A stretch of DNA of 64,000 bases from Octopus sinensis (Eukaryota), in NCBI RefSeq assembly GCF_006345805.1, contig NC_042999.1, forward strand, positions 56,110,001 through 56,174,000, given 5' to 3'. Below are positions 25,130 to 38,529 of the stretch, in pieces. Numbering within the stretch: the first letter of the stretch is position 1; every line of letters starts with the position of its first letter. The notes under the pieces are model-generated. The model worked only from the letters and a program-made list of their open reading frames with translations, did not search any database and was not told the DNA's origin. The position numbers and the translations under genes are program-made.

Positions 25130-26675
25130 AAATCCCTGCCAAAGCAGATGACCGTCATGGTTTCCTTTTCTCTGGCTCTGAACGTTCTCAGGATTCACCC
25201 AGCCAGTCCTCTGAACTTTGTTGCCTTCCTGGTAATGTGCACATGGAAAGAACTATCATCACTCATGTTGATACCCAGGTCCCTCACAGATTTAGGCACT
25301 GGGATTGTAATCCCTGGTGAACCAGTGTACCCTGTAAGTTTTATATTCAGTTTTGGACACTGGTGGCGCAGGGTTTGGAATTTTTCAGCATTAAACTGCA
25401 TATTATTATCCTCAACCCATCTGTAAATTGAGTCCAACTCCTGCTGCAGGTATGCAACATCACTGCGGTTCTGTATTTTCAGCCAGACTTTCATATCGTC
25501 TGCGTAGCTAGCAAGGGTAGCTATCCGGGCAGTTGAGGGCCACTATGAAAAGCAGTGGTCCCAAGACAGTGCGCTGTGGAACACCACTCACTATTTATGT
25601 TTTCATTGAGGTGGTTACATTGGCCAATAGTGCTTGACTTCTAGCTTTCAGAAAGTCATATAACCACTCTCCAAGTTTTCTAGGTATGCCAAGATCACAC
25701 GGTTTCTGGCATATCATACCGTGATTCACTTTATCAAAAGCTTTTGCAAAATCAAAGTATATTATGTCCACATTTGAGTTGCTGAGTAACTGACTCAACA
25801 CCCAGTCATAGTGCTGTAATAGCTGGGTCAGACAGCTCCTACCTGGTCAAAAGTTGTGCTGTGTATCACTCAACAAGTTATTTTCTTCAAGGAATGCGAT
25901 TAGTTTCCCTCTGACTATCCTTTCCATGACTTTGCTGATGTGTGAAGTCAGAGAGATAGGCCTATAGTTTTTGACATCTGCTCTGCTTCCCACTTTATGG
26001 ATTGAGCATAGTATTCCCTCCTTCAGCTTGCTTGGCAGCCTGCCATTTCCAAGAAAGCTCTGGAAGAGAATCTGCAAAGGTTTTGCCGGGGCACACTTAC
26101 ATGATTTGAGAAAGATTGCTGGGGAAACCATCAGGACCCACAGTTGAGTTTGCATCCACCTCATCTATGGCTAGTAGTATATCTTCTTCGCCAATGTCAA
26201 TGTTATTCTTCGTAACTGCCCCACTGATTATAGGTGAGGTGGCAAAGAAATCCACTGGTTTGTTCACATGTCTGTGTTCCAAGGGAATGGTAGAGGAACT
26301 TTTGAACTGATCATTTAGTACCTCACTGATCCTCGTTAGACTATCAGTGAAGGAGCCATCCTTTTGGAAGAGGGGTCCTATCTTGCAGCATACTGAGGCT
26401 GTTTCTTTCACATAATGAAAGAAGGCCTTTGGGTTTGACTCAGGTTTCTTTGTCTGATCTCTCAATCTCTCTCTCGCATAGGATTGTTGCAGGCTTTTTT
26501 CAATCTCCATCAGTATTGGTTTTAGGCAGGACTTTTCACTACTTTTGGAATGTTGATTGAAGCGATTTGCAAACTTTATCTGTCATTGAATGAGAGCCTA
26601 CCTCTCCCTAGGAATCTTGTGCTTTTCTGTGTTGGCCTTGTATTTTGAGACATATTTCTGCATAACTTCCTCTCT
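25130..26675 (-). mobile_element. CR1/L2-group LINE internal fragment (diverged subfamily of the 431-3848 element)
   Basis: ESNPKAFFHYVK, NYRPISLTSHISKVMERIV, DFAKAFDKVNH, YADD and QFNAEKFQ motifs in ORFs 25195..26510. Confidence 0.88.
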
Positions 26676-26942
26676 CTGTCTCTTCACTTCTCTCCATTAC
26701 GCCTCTTTCTCTGTCTCTTCACTTCTCTCTGTCACATCACACCATCTTTCCTATCTCAGCCTCTTAATCTTCCTAAATATATAGACGCAAACTTTCTCCT
26801 CTCACTCTCTCTTATTCTCTCAACCACTCAATCTCTCTAAATACATAGACACTTTCTTTCTCTATTTCTTCTCTACCCTCTATCATACTGTTAAATTTTA
26901 AATATAATTAGATAAATACATAAATAAAATATCAAAAAAAAA

Positions 26943-29665
26943 ATGTCCAGAACCTGGAGGAGCATGGAATTGGCATTGTTTTTGAGAGCCTGGTACTATG
27001 CTGATGGAGATAATCCAAACAACATAATTACAGCTGCGCTGAAGAGCAATGGTTACACAAAGACGTTAGCACAGATAGAGCGAAAGAAGCAGGAGTTTAT
27101 ATGCTCCTATGCACTCATAAGATCCCATATCAAGACTCTTGATGCCATCTTTGACAACGAACAAAGCAAAGATGACAAGGATGGAGGCATGGATGCAGAT
27201 GAAAGATGTCACCCCCACTTGGTAGACACCCAGGACAACAAAGAAGATTCAAGTGAGAAACCTGCTCAGGAAGTAAACCCAAGTGCAAGTGCCCCTACCA
27301 GCATCAAATGGCAAAACTACGGAGATGAAAGAGCCCAAAAAGAAGGAAAAACTAAAAGAAAAACAGCCACAGAAGGAAAAACTAAAACTCAAACAAAACC
27401 AAAAGATGAAACAGCCAAAGAAAGAAGCAAACCTGACTATCCATATACCAAAAAGGATAGAAAGAGACAGCACACATGAATGTGTAAATTCTACCTGAAA
27501 GGTGTCTGCTGGCATGGAGAGGAAGGTGCAAGCTGCCGTTTTGTACACCAAAGACCCTGCCACATAAACATGAAACAGAGCGGAAACCACCTACCAAAAG
27601 GAAAAGGAAAGGACTACGCATCACCTGCCCCAAAACGGAGGTATACAGATGTAGTGCATTACAAACCATCAACATGTTATTGAAAGGGCAGCTGCTGAAC
27701 AGGAATCTTTTTTGTGTATGGCGCAAAAGATTGTACAGCAGCTAACCTGGCTCCATCAAATTCAAACTCACAGATGGGACTATCCACAATACACAAGACC
27801 ACCACATCAAATAGACCCAAGGTGGACACCACTGGCAACAACACACACATCACCTTGATGCTCCTACTGAACATCAGAGGACTGCTAACACTCAGTAACA
27901 GGACAAAAATCCCTTTCTTGAGAGACTTTGTTGCATGCAATCAAGTCTTATGCATAGCACTTACAGAAACACACCTGAAACCGGATATAGCAGATGCGGA
28001 AATACACATACCACAGTATTACGGACCGACAGAAAAGAAAGGAGTCATGGTGGAGTTGCTATGTACATCCGCGAGGACCTCACACCCCAGGTCCTATTGT
28101 CATACTCAAATTCGGTTTGTGACACACTAATTGTACATATAAGGCAACTCAGCGTAGTTATTTGTGCTACATATCGCCCTCCAGATGCTCCAAGTCATAT
28201 AGGCAAGTTTGAAGACTGCCTTACAAAAATAGAAGAAGTTCTAGTCACATCAGAACAACACATAAGTGTACTTCTTATGGGAGACTTCAATCTGCCCAAT
28301 GTCAGATGGCCCGAGGGCCTTTCTCTCCCAGGAATGACATGATGCGAACAAGGACAGGCTAAGTCCCTCCTGAACTTCATCAACACTCTGTACATGGAGC
28401 AAATAATACTCCAACCAAGGCAGGTAACATACTGGATCTCTGCTTCACAAATAATATGGGTATCATCCATAATGTGAAAGTGACACCGACACTTCTCTCG
28501 GTTCACAACATGGTAGAGTTGACCATGTACGGGCCAAAGGAAAACATGGACACGCAGCCTACAAGAAACTCTCAGAATCTTTCCAGCTTGAACTTCCATA
28601 AGGCAAACTGGAAACAAATTGAGAAAGAGATCCTCAAACAAAACTGGCCTAAATGTCTCTCCTCATCAGACATCGACATGAAACTTCAAAAATTCATGTC
28701 TGTAATGCAAACCATATGCTACAAATGTGTCCCAGAGAGAAAGGCCACTGTACACAAGAACAAAATCCCCAGAGAGAGGAAAATTCTTAGACGGCGTACA
28801 AAAGTTTCAAATCGCCTAAACAAACAAATTGAAAGCAGTGAAAAGTCCTGCCGGAAAATAAAACTGCTGGAAATTGAAAAATGTCTGCAACTTTCCCATG
28901 AAAAAGAAAGAGCAGACAAAAAAGCCTGGGCTATAGACAACATAAAATCTAACCCCAGAGCTTTCTACAAGTTTGCTAAAGAAACAGCTACGGTACACTG
29001 TAGGATAGGGCCACTCCTTGAAAAAGATGGTGCACTCACAGGAAATCCAATGAGGATAAGTGAAATACTAAATGAGCAATTCAAAAGTATTTTCACTCCA
29101 CCCCTAGGGCATTTTCAAGTTAGCAATCCAACTGACTTCTTTACCATTGCAGATATAAAATCAGAGGCAGCAATGAGTGATTACATCAATATAAAGGAAG
29201 ACGATGTAATAAGGGCTATAGATGAAATGAACCCAAATTCAGCTACTAGCCCCGATGGATTCCCAGCAATCCTTCTAAAAGTATGTAAAAGTATGTAAAA
29301 GAGTCCTAGCAAGACCACTTTCAGAGCTTCCTTGCAACTGGCAAACTTCCAAGAAAACTGAAGGAGGGTAAAATACGCCCTATTCATAAAGGAGGTAGCA
29401 GAGTGGAGACCAAGAACTACAGACCCATCTCTCTGACCTCACACATCAGTATGGTCATGGAACGAATAGTCAGAAGGAAACTAATCGCCTTCCTTGAAGA
29501 AAATAACTTGCTGCCTGACACCCAACATGGTTTCCGACCAGGAAGAAGCTGCCCAACTCAGCTCCTACAACAATATAACTGGGTGCTGAAACAACTGCTC
29601 AACCAGTCAAATGTGGAAGTGATATATCTCGACTTTGCAAAGGCCTTTGATAAAGTCGAAAATGG
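26943..29665 (+). mobile_element. CR1/L2-group LINE, 5' portion (ORF1, APE, N-terminal half of RT), 3'-truncated
   Basis: CKFYLKGVCWHG..SCRFVH (CCCH); LLNIRGL, ALTETHL and LLMGDFNLP (APE); NYRPISLTSHI, QHGFRPGRSC and DFAKAFDKV (RT). Confidence 0.92.
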
Positions 29666-29933
29666 CATTATCTTGTGGCATTACTGGAGCCTTTAGTCGA
29701 ACGAATTGACCCCAAGTATTCATTCTATCAGTCTCTTTTTGTGAAGTTGCTAATTTATGAAGATGTAAACATACCAACATTAGCTGGCAAGCACCCGTAG
29801 ATATAGACATATATATGTGTGTGTGTATAGTGATACACACACACACATGTATATCACTATAAATACATAAGTGTACATGACATTTGGTAAAAAAAAAAAG
29901 GTGATCGTGTAACATACTTCCTGGCTGTTGTTA

Positions 29934-32290
29934 TTATAACACCTCGTTGTAAACAATGTTCTTTGTTTTTCTTTGTGGAGTGTATGCAAAGAGGTTTCTT
30001 ATGCTTCCCACTCTTGAGCAGCTAACATACAGTTGTCCATGAGAGAAGCAGGGCTCTTCCAAGAGAAAAGCAGCCACAGAGAGGGTTTGACCCTGAGATT
30101 TGTTAATGGATATGGCAAAACTGACACGATGGTGGAATTGCAGTCTTCTGAACGTAAATGGAATTTCTGCTCCTGATGGAGTAAGAGGAACTCTTGGAAT
30201 GAAGACGTCATCACCTTTTCCACATCCAGAAAGAATGGTAGCCTCGTTACCCTGTGGCATCATTTTCTTTATCACCAGTCGTGTTCCATTGCAAAGCCTT
30301 GGTGGTTCCAGACTGCGGAGTAGCATTACAGGAGTTCCAACTTTAAGTGCTAATATGTGGGAAGGTAATCCAGGAGGCTCCAATGAATTGAGAAATTCAG
30401 GAGGATAGTTCACCACTTCATTTTTATCTGGAATTGTATCAACAGACTTGTGCGAAAAGTTCTGGGAAGAGAATGCATTAGCTGTTGATATATTTTTTTA
30501 ACAGTGACGTTTTTTGGAGCTAATATTGCTCTTTCACACAACCAATTGTGATTTACATAGTTTTCTGTGAAGTTGGGAAATACTTTGTTTGAGCTCATCC
30601 ACAGAATTTGACAACAGAGGAAAATGGCCACACTTCCATTTCCCCTGCAGTGTTGAGAGGCACATTGCCATCACCAAGTGTCAAAATGTTCTGTGCAAAT
30701 ATTGCAGACATTTGTTCGCCATGTAACTGAGCTCTCATGTTAATGATAAGACTGAGGATTGTGACATGACGCCACAGGGTAGAGGACTTTAGGCATGCTT
30801 GAACCTCATGTGCTCTAGTGCCTTTTGAAATGACAGAAAGAGTTTGCCTGAAAGTACCTGACAACAGAAGTGTTACACCTTGCATTGGAGCCTGACAGTC
30901 TCAGATGTCTTTCAGGACTCTATCTAATGCTTCCAAGGCTCCCTTGCGAGCCATAGTGCAATCATCCCAGACAATTAGACGACACCTTTTAAGTACCTGT
31001 TCCTGATCTGAGCTTTGGATGCTACTAAATTGAGAAGGAGTTTAAAAGTCAAGTGTGCTGTCCTGCCACCGGGTAACAAAGTAGCTGCAATCCCAGAGGA
31101 AGCAACAGCTACTGCAATGTCCTGGTGCTGCCTAACTTCTACAAGGAGAAGCTTCGTAATAAATGTTTTCCCTGTCCATCCAGGAGCATCTCTCACATTG
31201 GCACACACTGTTAAGAATAGTTCTGTAAGTCTGCAGCTGGTCTGGAAGTAATTTAGACTCCTTTTCAATAATGTACTTTCAAAGCACTTGAGTGTCATAT
31301 GATGTTTCACGAATGACAGCAGTGGGAAGGCTATTTGACTCTGACTTGAATGTTTATGGCAAGCCATATGTGGACAATTCATTTCCAACCAGTGTAGCAA
31401 TTTTGTCTTCGAAGTCAAGAGTTTTGTTGTAGACTTCATTGCTGATACCCTCCATGTCAGGATAGAGCAGTTGAGCATGCCACTTAAAGTTTTCAGCCAG
31501 GTTGTCTCTGTATTTGAGCTATAGAGTGACAAGATCACATGGTTCGCATGTCTGTAGTAACACTGCAAATAGTGCCCTGAAACTTTTAGGTGATTCTGAT
31601 TAAAGCAGCCTCTCCCAAAGTTGCATCCCATTGTGCACCATCTTCTAACAGACCTTGTTGATAGTAGGCTTGCTGTATGTTATGCAGACATGTCTATGAA
31701 TGGTTTTTAGGGCCTGGAAACCCGTTGGCCTTCTGAACTCATGCAATAGTAGACGGAGGTAGATGCACTGTGTATACTCGCCCAAGGCAAGTGTAAAAGT
31801 TAATGCCAGGGTATCCATGAACATTTTGACCTGCTTTCCTTGGGGCCCATTTTTTACCATTCCAAGTGTAGTACAATGGAATCTGTGAACACAGAAAGGT
31901 CTGAGCGAATGGATCAACTTGACAAAGCTTGAAGAATGCAGTGAGCGTGCTATCCCTTGGTTCTTCTGCCAACAGAGAAGCATTAGCATCAGTGAAGTAA
32001 CCATTTGACCATTTTCCAGGTGCACTGCAAGCTGTTGAATGGCAGGGCGTCGTTGGTGAAATGGAAAGCCAAAAATGCACCAGAAAGCCTCGTTGCTACT
32101 TATGTACCAACCCACCTGATAGTGTGTCGCCACATCCTGGCAGTATTCCTGTTGAAGTCCAAACAGTGCAGCATCAGAGCCCTTGTTCACATACTTACAA
32201 ACGTGCTTTACGAACTTTTGGTTGGTATTTGTAGCACGTTGTGCTACCACTAAAAATGGTATTTGCGAAAAGCTGTTACGTGGAAGCAAA
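29934..32290 (-). mobile_element. Degraded Helitron RepHel coding fragment
   Basis: KYVNKGSD, YISSNEAFW.IFGFP.H, LAVHLENGQ; DAPGWTGKT (Walker A), ASSGIAATLLPGGRTAH; INKSQGQTL, PCFSHGQLYVSCSRVG. Confidence 0.92.
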
Positions 32291-32799
32291 GTATGCTAGA
32301 AATGTTCCTTTACCCCAATATTCCTTCATTAATACCAGTATATACCAATTAATCGATATTCACAGATACCATCTGATGAGTTAATATTTAAGTATACAAT
32401 ATGTATAAATATTAAACTATTTCTGGATAGTTTCTTTTCCTCCCTCTATTGTGGTAAAAGTTTGGTATATACTCAAAAAATATTCATAAATTTCTGTCCT
32501 TTTGTCATAATATTCTTCTTAATAATCCTTTGAATAACCCTAATCTTTAACTGTAGTACCACATAGGACTTCCCGTTTCATTATCAATAGCCTGCTAGTG
32601 GGCAATCCCCTTAATTACCAGCTAACATCTTTTAAGTTTTCCCTTACTAAACATCATGATATTGCTTATAATAAATCTTGATTTTTTAATGACTATACCA
32701 AATAGAATGTCTGTCTACTCCCTCAGCCCTACTCCTAACAGATACTGCCCACATATGTATATATACATATACATATGTGTATGTATGTATATATATATG

Positions 32800-32831
<32 letters not shown>

Positions 32832-32834
32832 CAG

Positions 32835-33827
32835 TTTTTGTGTGTGGCAGGAGCAATAGACACTGAAAATGCACAGAGACCAACTTCCGCCACATTCCAG
32901 GAAGAAAAACTAGAAGTAGATGATAGTTTCCGTTACCTAGGTGACAAAGTCAGTAGCAGGGGCGGGTGTGCTGAAAGTGTAACTGCTAGAGTAAGAATAG
33001 CCTGGGCAAAGTTCAGAGAGCTCTTACCTCTGCTGGTGACAAAAGGCCTCTCGCTCAGAGTAAAAGGCAGACTGTATGATGCATGTGTACGAACAGCCGT
33101 GCTACATAGCAGTGAAACATGGGCCGTGGCTGCTGAGGATATGCGTAAGCTTGCAATAAATGAAGCCAGTATGCTCCGATGGATGTGTAATGTCAGTGTT
33201 CATACTCAACAGAGTGTAAGTACCTTGAGAGAAAAGTTGAACCTAAGAAGCATCAGTTGTGGTGTGCAAGAGAGACATTTGCGCTGGTATGGTCACGTGG
33301 CGAGAATGGATGAAGATAGTTGTGTGAAAAAGTGCCACACCCTAGCGGTTGAGGGAACCTGTGGAAGAGGTAGACCCAGGAACACCTGGGACGAGGTCGT
33401 AAAGCACGACCTTCGAACATTAGGTCTCACCGAGGCTATGACTAGTGAGCGAGACCTTTGGAAGTATGCTGTGCATGAGAAGACCCGGCAGGACAAGTGA
33501 GACCATAACCTGTGGCCTCTACCTGGGATGCAGCCAGTCCACTTAAGCATACCTTTCCTTCCTGGGACACAAAACTCTTGCAAAGACCTGTTAAGGCAAG
33601 TGAAATCGAAATCGATCAAAATCAATGGAAATTCTGGCACCTGTGCCAGTGGCACGTAAAAAGCACCCACTACACTCACGGAGTGGTTGGCGTTAGGAAG
33701 GGCATCCAGCTGTAGAAACACTGCCAGATCAGATTGGGCCTGGTGCAGCCTTCTGGCTTCCCAGACCCCAGTTGAACTGTCCAACCCATGCTAGCATGGA
33801 AAGCGGATGTTAAACGATGATGATGAT

Positions 33828-33828
<1 letters not shown>
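32835..33828 (+). mobile_element. RTE LINE 3' portion with 3' UTR and (GAT)n tail
   Basis: ORF 32838..33500: YLGD, RVRIAWAKF, KGRLYDACVR, NEASMLRWMC, LRWYGHVARM, GRGRPRNTW. Confidence 0.92.
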
Positions 33829-33876
<48 letters not shown>

Positions 33877-33887
33877 ATAGATATACA

Positions 33888-35070
33888 CATCATCATCATT
33901 ATCGTTTAACATCCGCTTTCATGCTGGCATGGGTTGGACATTTTGACTGAGGACTGGTAAGCCAGAGGTTGCTCCAGGCTCAATGTGATCTGGCAAAGTT
34001 TCTAAAGCTGGATGTCTTTCCTAACGCCAATCACTCCGAGTGTGTAGTGGGTGCTTTTACATGACACTGGTACGAGGGCCAGTCAGGTGGTTCTGGCAAT
34101 GACCAAACTCAAAAGGTGTTTTCTACGTACTACCTGTACAGGAGCCAGTCCGGCAGCACTGGCAACAACTACACTCGTATGTTGTCAGGTCTTCTGAAGT
34201 ACAGCATATCTCCAAAGGCCTCAGTAAGGCTCTATGTTCAAAGGTCGTGCTTCACCACCTCATACCAGGTTTTCCAGGGTCTACCTCTTCCACAGGTTCC
34301 CTCAACTGCTAGGATATGACACTTTATCACACAGCTGTCCTCATTCATTTGCAACACATGACCATACCAGCACAGTCATCTCTCTTGCACACCACATCTG
34401 ATGCTTCTTAAATCCAACTTTTCTCTCAGGTCACTTACACTCTGTTGTGTATGCACACTGACCTTACACATCCAGCGGAGCATACTCGCTTCATTCCTTA
34501 TAAGCTTACACATGTCCTCAGCAGTCATAGCCCACGTTTCACTGTTGTATAGCATGTCTGTTCGTACACATGCATCATACAGTCTACCTTTTACTCTGCG
34601 CAAGAGACCCTTTGTCACCAGCAGAGGTAGGAGCCCTCTGAACTTTGTCCAGGCTATTCTTATTCTAGCAGCTACACTTTCAGAGCATCCACTTCCTGCT
34701 ACTGACTTAGTCACCTAGGTAACGGAAGCTATCAACTACTTCTAGTTTTTCTCCCTGGAATGTAACAGAAACTGTTCTCTGCACATTTTCTGTGTTTATA
34801 GCACCTGAGCACTTACCACACACAAAAACTATCTTCCCAGTTAGCCTCCCTTTGATATTGCTGCACTTCTTATGTGTCCATAGCTTACACTGGGTACATC
34901 TTATGGAGTTTCTACCTACGCCTTTTCTACAGATCGAGCAGGGCCATCTACCTGAAGGGATTTGTGGTTTGTCTGCCTTCCCACTTATTAAGACTTTGGT
35001 TTTAGCTAGGTTGACTCTAAGGCCCTTCGATTCTAATCCTTGATTCCATACCTGAAACTTTTCCTCCAAC
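33888..35070 (-). mobile_element. RTE LINE of the same family, inverted relative to the 32835 copy
   Basis: ORFs 34376..34714 and 34707..35072 (ESKGLRVNLAKTKV, WPCSICRKGVG.NSIRC); tail at 33888. Confidence 0.92.
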
Positions 35071-35414
35071 AACTCATTATATTACCAACACAATATTGAA
35101 TTTCTACAAAGCAAGCCAAATTTTTTTTTCTATTGCACATAATCAGTTGTAATATTCCTTCCAGATCATTGTTTGAAACCTTTCCTATCAGATTTCAAAC
35201 TTAATTCAATGATTCAATCAATACACATTAGATAACTATTTTGTGACTGTGCAGTTGTTGCTGCTGATGGATATGGTGGTAGTGGCAGTAGTTGTACAAC
35301 AGCAGCGCTGATGATGATAATGTTATTCCTGTTAAGCTACAAAAAGCAAAAAGTAAGTAACACAATTTCTTTAGCAGCTCCAAAATGTGAATGTATTAAA
35401 TAAATTTCAAATAC

Positions 35415-35630
35415 CTTTTTCGCAGGTATCTTCGTTCTCAAGAGATGAGTCTGATTTCTGCCCTAGAGCTAATAAACGAGCAACACTTGGATGTTTTATC
35501 TGAGGGTCAGTCTTCTTAGGTCGGGATCGTTGTTTCTTTTTCATCGCCATGCTAGCAGTTATATTTTGAATATGTTGCAATCCCAATGCTGATAATGTTA
35601 CACCTTCATAAATATATTGCCTTGGCAATT
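35415..35630 (-). CDS. KMT2C: KMT2C/D exon (ELPRQYIYEGVTLSALGLQHIQNIT...KKKQRSRPKK...)
   Basis: tttacag acceptor, gtattt donor, 216 nt, phase 1-1; resembles the GV.L..SG..(Q/H)...KR motif after the second PHD cluster. Confidence 0.88.
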
Positions 35631-36102
35631 CTGTAAATACATTCAATATCATTACAGGACTTCACATTTATACAATCATACAATCATTAAATATAATTTT
35701 AACCAAATCAATGTTTTCGCCCCCTACCCCACCCAAGTGAAAAATCTTATGTTTTTCATTCACATTTTAAAACATTTCTTCAAAGTCATTACAATAACAT
35801 GTTCTTAAGAAATGGAAGCTAAATTCACTTTGTTTTTGCATTTCATTATCTGACATCAAAACAAGTTGACATAAGATAATACAAACCATGAACATTAAAA
35901 TAAGTGGATGCTCCAAGATATAGAAGAGAAACATAAACACTAGTTTTGTAAACATTCTCAGAAATCTTAACAAAATATGTATCTTGCAAATAGCTGTCTC
36001 TACACTCATACACAAAAGTAGTAATAGTAGCAGCAGCTGCAAATGGAAGAGTTACTAAGTTATAATTAAGCAGTCTACAAAGCAAACAATATAATTTCAT
36101 AA

Positions 36103-36224
<122 letters not shown>

Positions 36225-37145
36225 TCAGGCAAAGCATCCTGACTAATTTTGTCTACCTTTCTAAATAACAAATATTCGAAGAATTTATATGGTTAAACTA
36301 ATAGTCAATGTTTTAAATTTTTCAAAAAAAATAATTCACTTGTCATATAAATTACAGAATAATTTTCAACATCCATTTATATTCAAAATGTTCTACATGA
36401 ATATTCAATAAATGAAATGAGATATCATGTAATTTTTATAAGTTTTGTACATACATAATGCTGAATATACATTAGTCAATATATGTAACACATAACTACA
36501 TTTAAACAGGCATGTTAAGAATATTTCTGGAAGCTATCTTACCTTGAAGCTAGTGTGCATGTGTGTTTGTTAATATGTATGTGTGTACATGTGCTGATAT
36601 GCCTGTATACATGTATATAGACATACCAGAAGCAAGAGGTATGTGTATATGTGATGTGAATGTTATGCGCATTTTTATAGTATGTACTTCCTAAGTATAT
36701 GCACATAGTACCAGGATTGTGTTTATGTGTTTGCATATATAACTTGTGTATACACATGTAGTGAGCAACATTGAATCTTTATGCGTATGTGTGTCTTATG
36801 CATATATAGACCGTCTTGAACCTACAAGTTCATGAGGTCAATGCTTATTTGTATTTTCAAATTTAGGCTGCAAATACAAAATTCTTTGTTAAATGGGATG
36901 CCAGTCTGTTGCAAAATTAACAACTAAATTAGTTATAAAAAGCTAAATTTTAAAGGTCAGTTTTGTAGTACATTATAACATAAATATCAGTAGTTCACAA
37001 AGATACACTTAGATGTTCAGATTCTGATAACACATGAGCAAAAGTATCATATTAAATTATAGAATAATTGTATAGTTCTAAATTGCATAATTTGATTTTA
37101 AAGCAAATTAATGTCCTTTGAATCGTATTTCAGAATTTTTAAAAA

Positions 37146-37361
37146 CCCTTTTGTTACCATATTTCTGTTCCAATATACTGTTTCAATTAATTTTGAAATT
37201 AATTAATTTTCAAAAATAATGAAAAATTTAAGAAAATAACTTTAGGCTACTGAACATAAGTTAACATGAAATTTTGATGGATTTTAATGTAGATCACTTT
37301 TAAGTATGAAGTTTTTATCAGAGAACCAGGGGCAGTCAAATGCAGGTTGGTATTAGAAGGG
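37146..37361. mobile_element. Possible piggyBac-like MITE
   Basis: CCCTTTTGTTACC at the left end and GGTATTAGAAGGG at the right end, followed by TTAA; left TSD imperfect. Confidence 0.4.
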
Positions 37362-37449
37362 TTAAACTTGAACACCCTCTGAGTATCTTTTCACTGAAGG
37401 AAAAAAGAAAATCAGCATTATACAAATGAAAGTTTTTAGTGTTTCATAC

Positions 37450-37650
37450 CTGGAATAGGCTGGGGCCATTTTTTAGGTTCAACCTTTTTTTCTTCAACTT
37501 CCTTAGGTATAACAACTGGTGAGGGACATCTGACTTTTTCCTCTTCTGGCTCAGGAGGTGGTGGTGGAGGAGGAAGTGCTGGAGGTGGTGGCGGTGGTGG
37601 TGGTGGTGGAGGTGGTGGTGGTGGCGGCGGTGGTGGTGGAGTAGGGGGTA
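37450..37650 (-). CDS. KMT2C: KMT2C/D polyproline exon (PPT-P20-AL-P7-EPEEEKVRCPSP...)
   Basis: tttttcag acceptor, gtatga donor, 201 nt, phase 1-1; open frame with mixed Pro codons. Confidence 0.82.
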
Positions 37651-37715
37651 CTGAAAAATAGTTTACATCATAAAAAAGAAAATTTTCTTAATTCACTCAA
37701 CTTATGAAATATTAA

Positions 37716-37935
37716 CCCCTTATAGACAGATTTAGTACTGACAATCTGTGCTGTGTACCAGTATTAAGCTGTTTACTAACTACACAATTTTTCATACAAG
37801 GAATTTTACAGTATAGTTACAGATTCTTCTCAGCATGGTATATTTGGAAATACAGTGCTGCACCAAGTGAGACATCACACTGCTCACACACCAAGTGTTT
37901 TGATGTGGTCAGTACCACTTCATGTCTGCAAGGGG
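37716..37935. mobile_element. Possible piggyBac-like MITE
   Basis: TTAA then CCCCTTATAGACA at the left end; TGTCTGCAAGGGG at the right end; right TSD imperfect. Confidence 0.4.
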
Positions 37936-38529
37936 TTTTGTCAAAACAAAAACAAAAAATAAAAAATTTTTAATTAGTACTTAAAAATTGATGAAATGTT
38001 TTATTTACACTAGCCAGACTCCTAATTAAGGTTATGCCTTATTTCTTTTCATACTCTTTACAAAACCAAAAACTGCATATTAAAGATGATTCTTTTGATA
38101 ATACCTTCAAAGCTGTTAATTCAATATGAAGTGCATATATCTCATTATTGCAGTTCAGCATAAACATTTGGGACTGTGCATGCCTTACACACACACACAT
38201 ACACACTCCTCAGACATACTTCTGGAACAATAAAGACCCTGTATGCATCATTAATCAAAGTAAAATGGCTTCCCAGCTGATAGGCAAGCATTCATTCAGA
38301 TACACTTTGACAGCTTTAGCCTACCATTCAGCTATAGCTTCCTTGCAATACTTCTAGTTTCTTCAATGGTCTCTGCTTACTTTAACTTCAAGATTGCATA
38401 CACCCTGCACTTAAATGCCTTTGACGTATCTCTCTCTATTGCTATCATTTCTGCATAATATCCCACTTTCTACATCCATATAAAACATTCCTTCTGCTTA
38501 ACTCTGAATGTTTAAATCAAACAACAAGT

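Noticed and set aside
27856-27860. TGATG overlapping stop-start at the apparent ORF1/ORF2 junction of the LINE
   Set aside because: The paralogous copy near 3460 reads CGATA at this position, so it is not shown to be ancestral.
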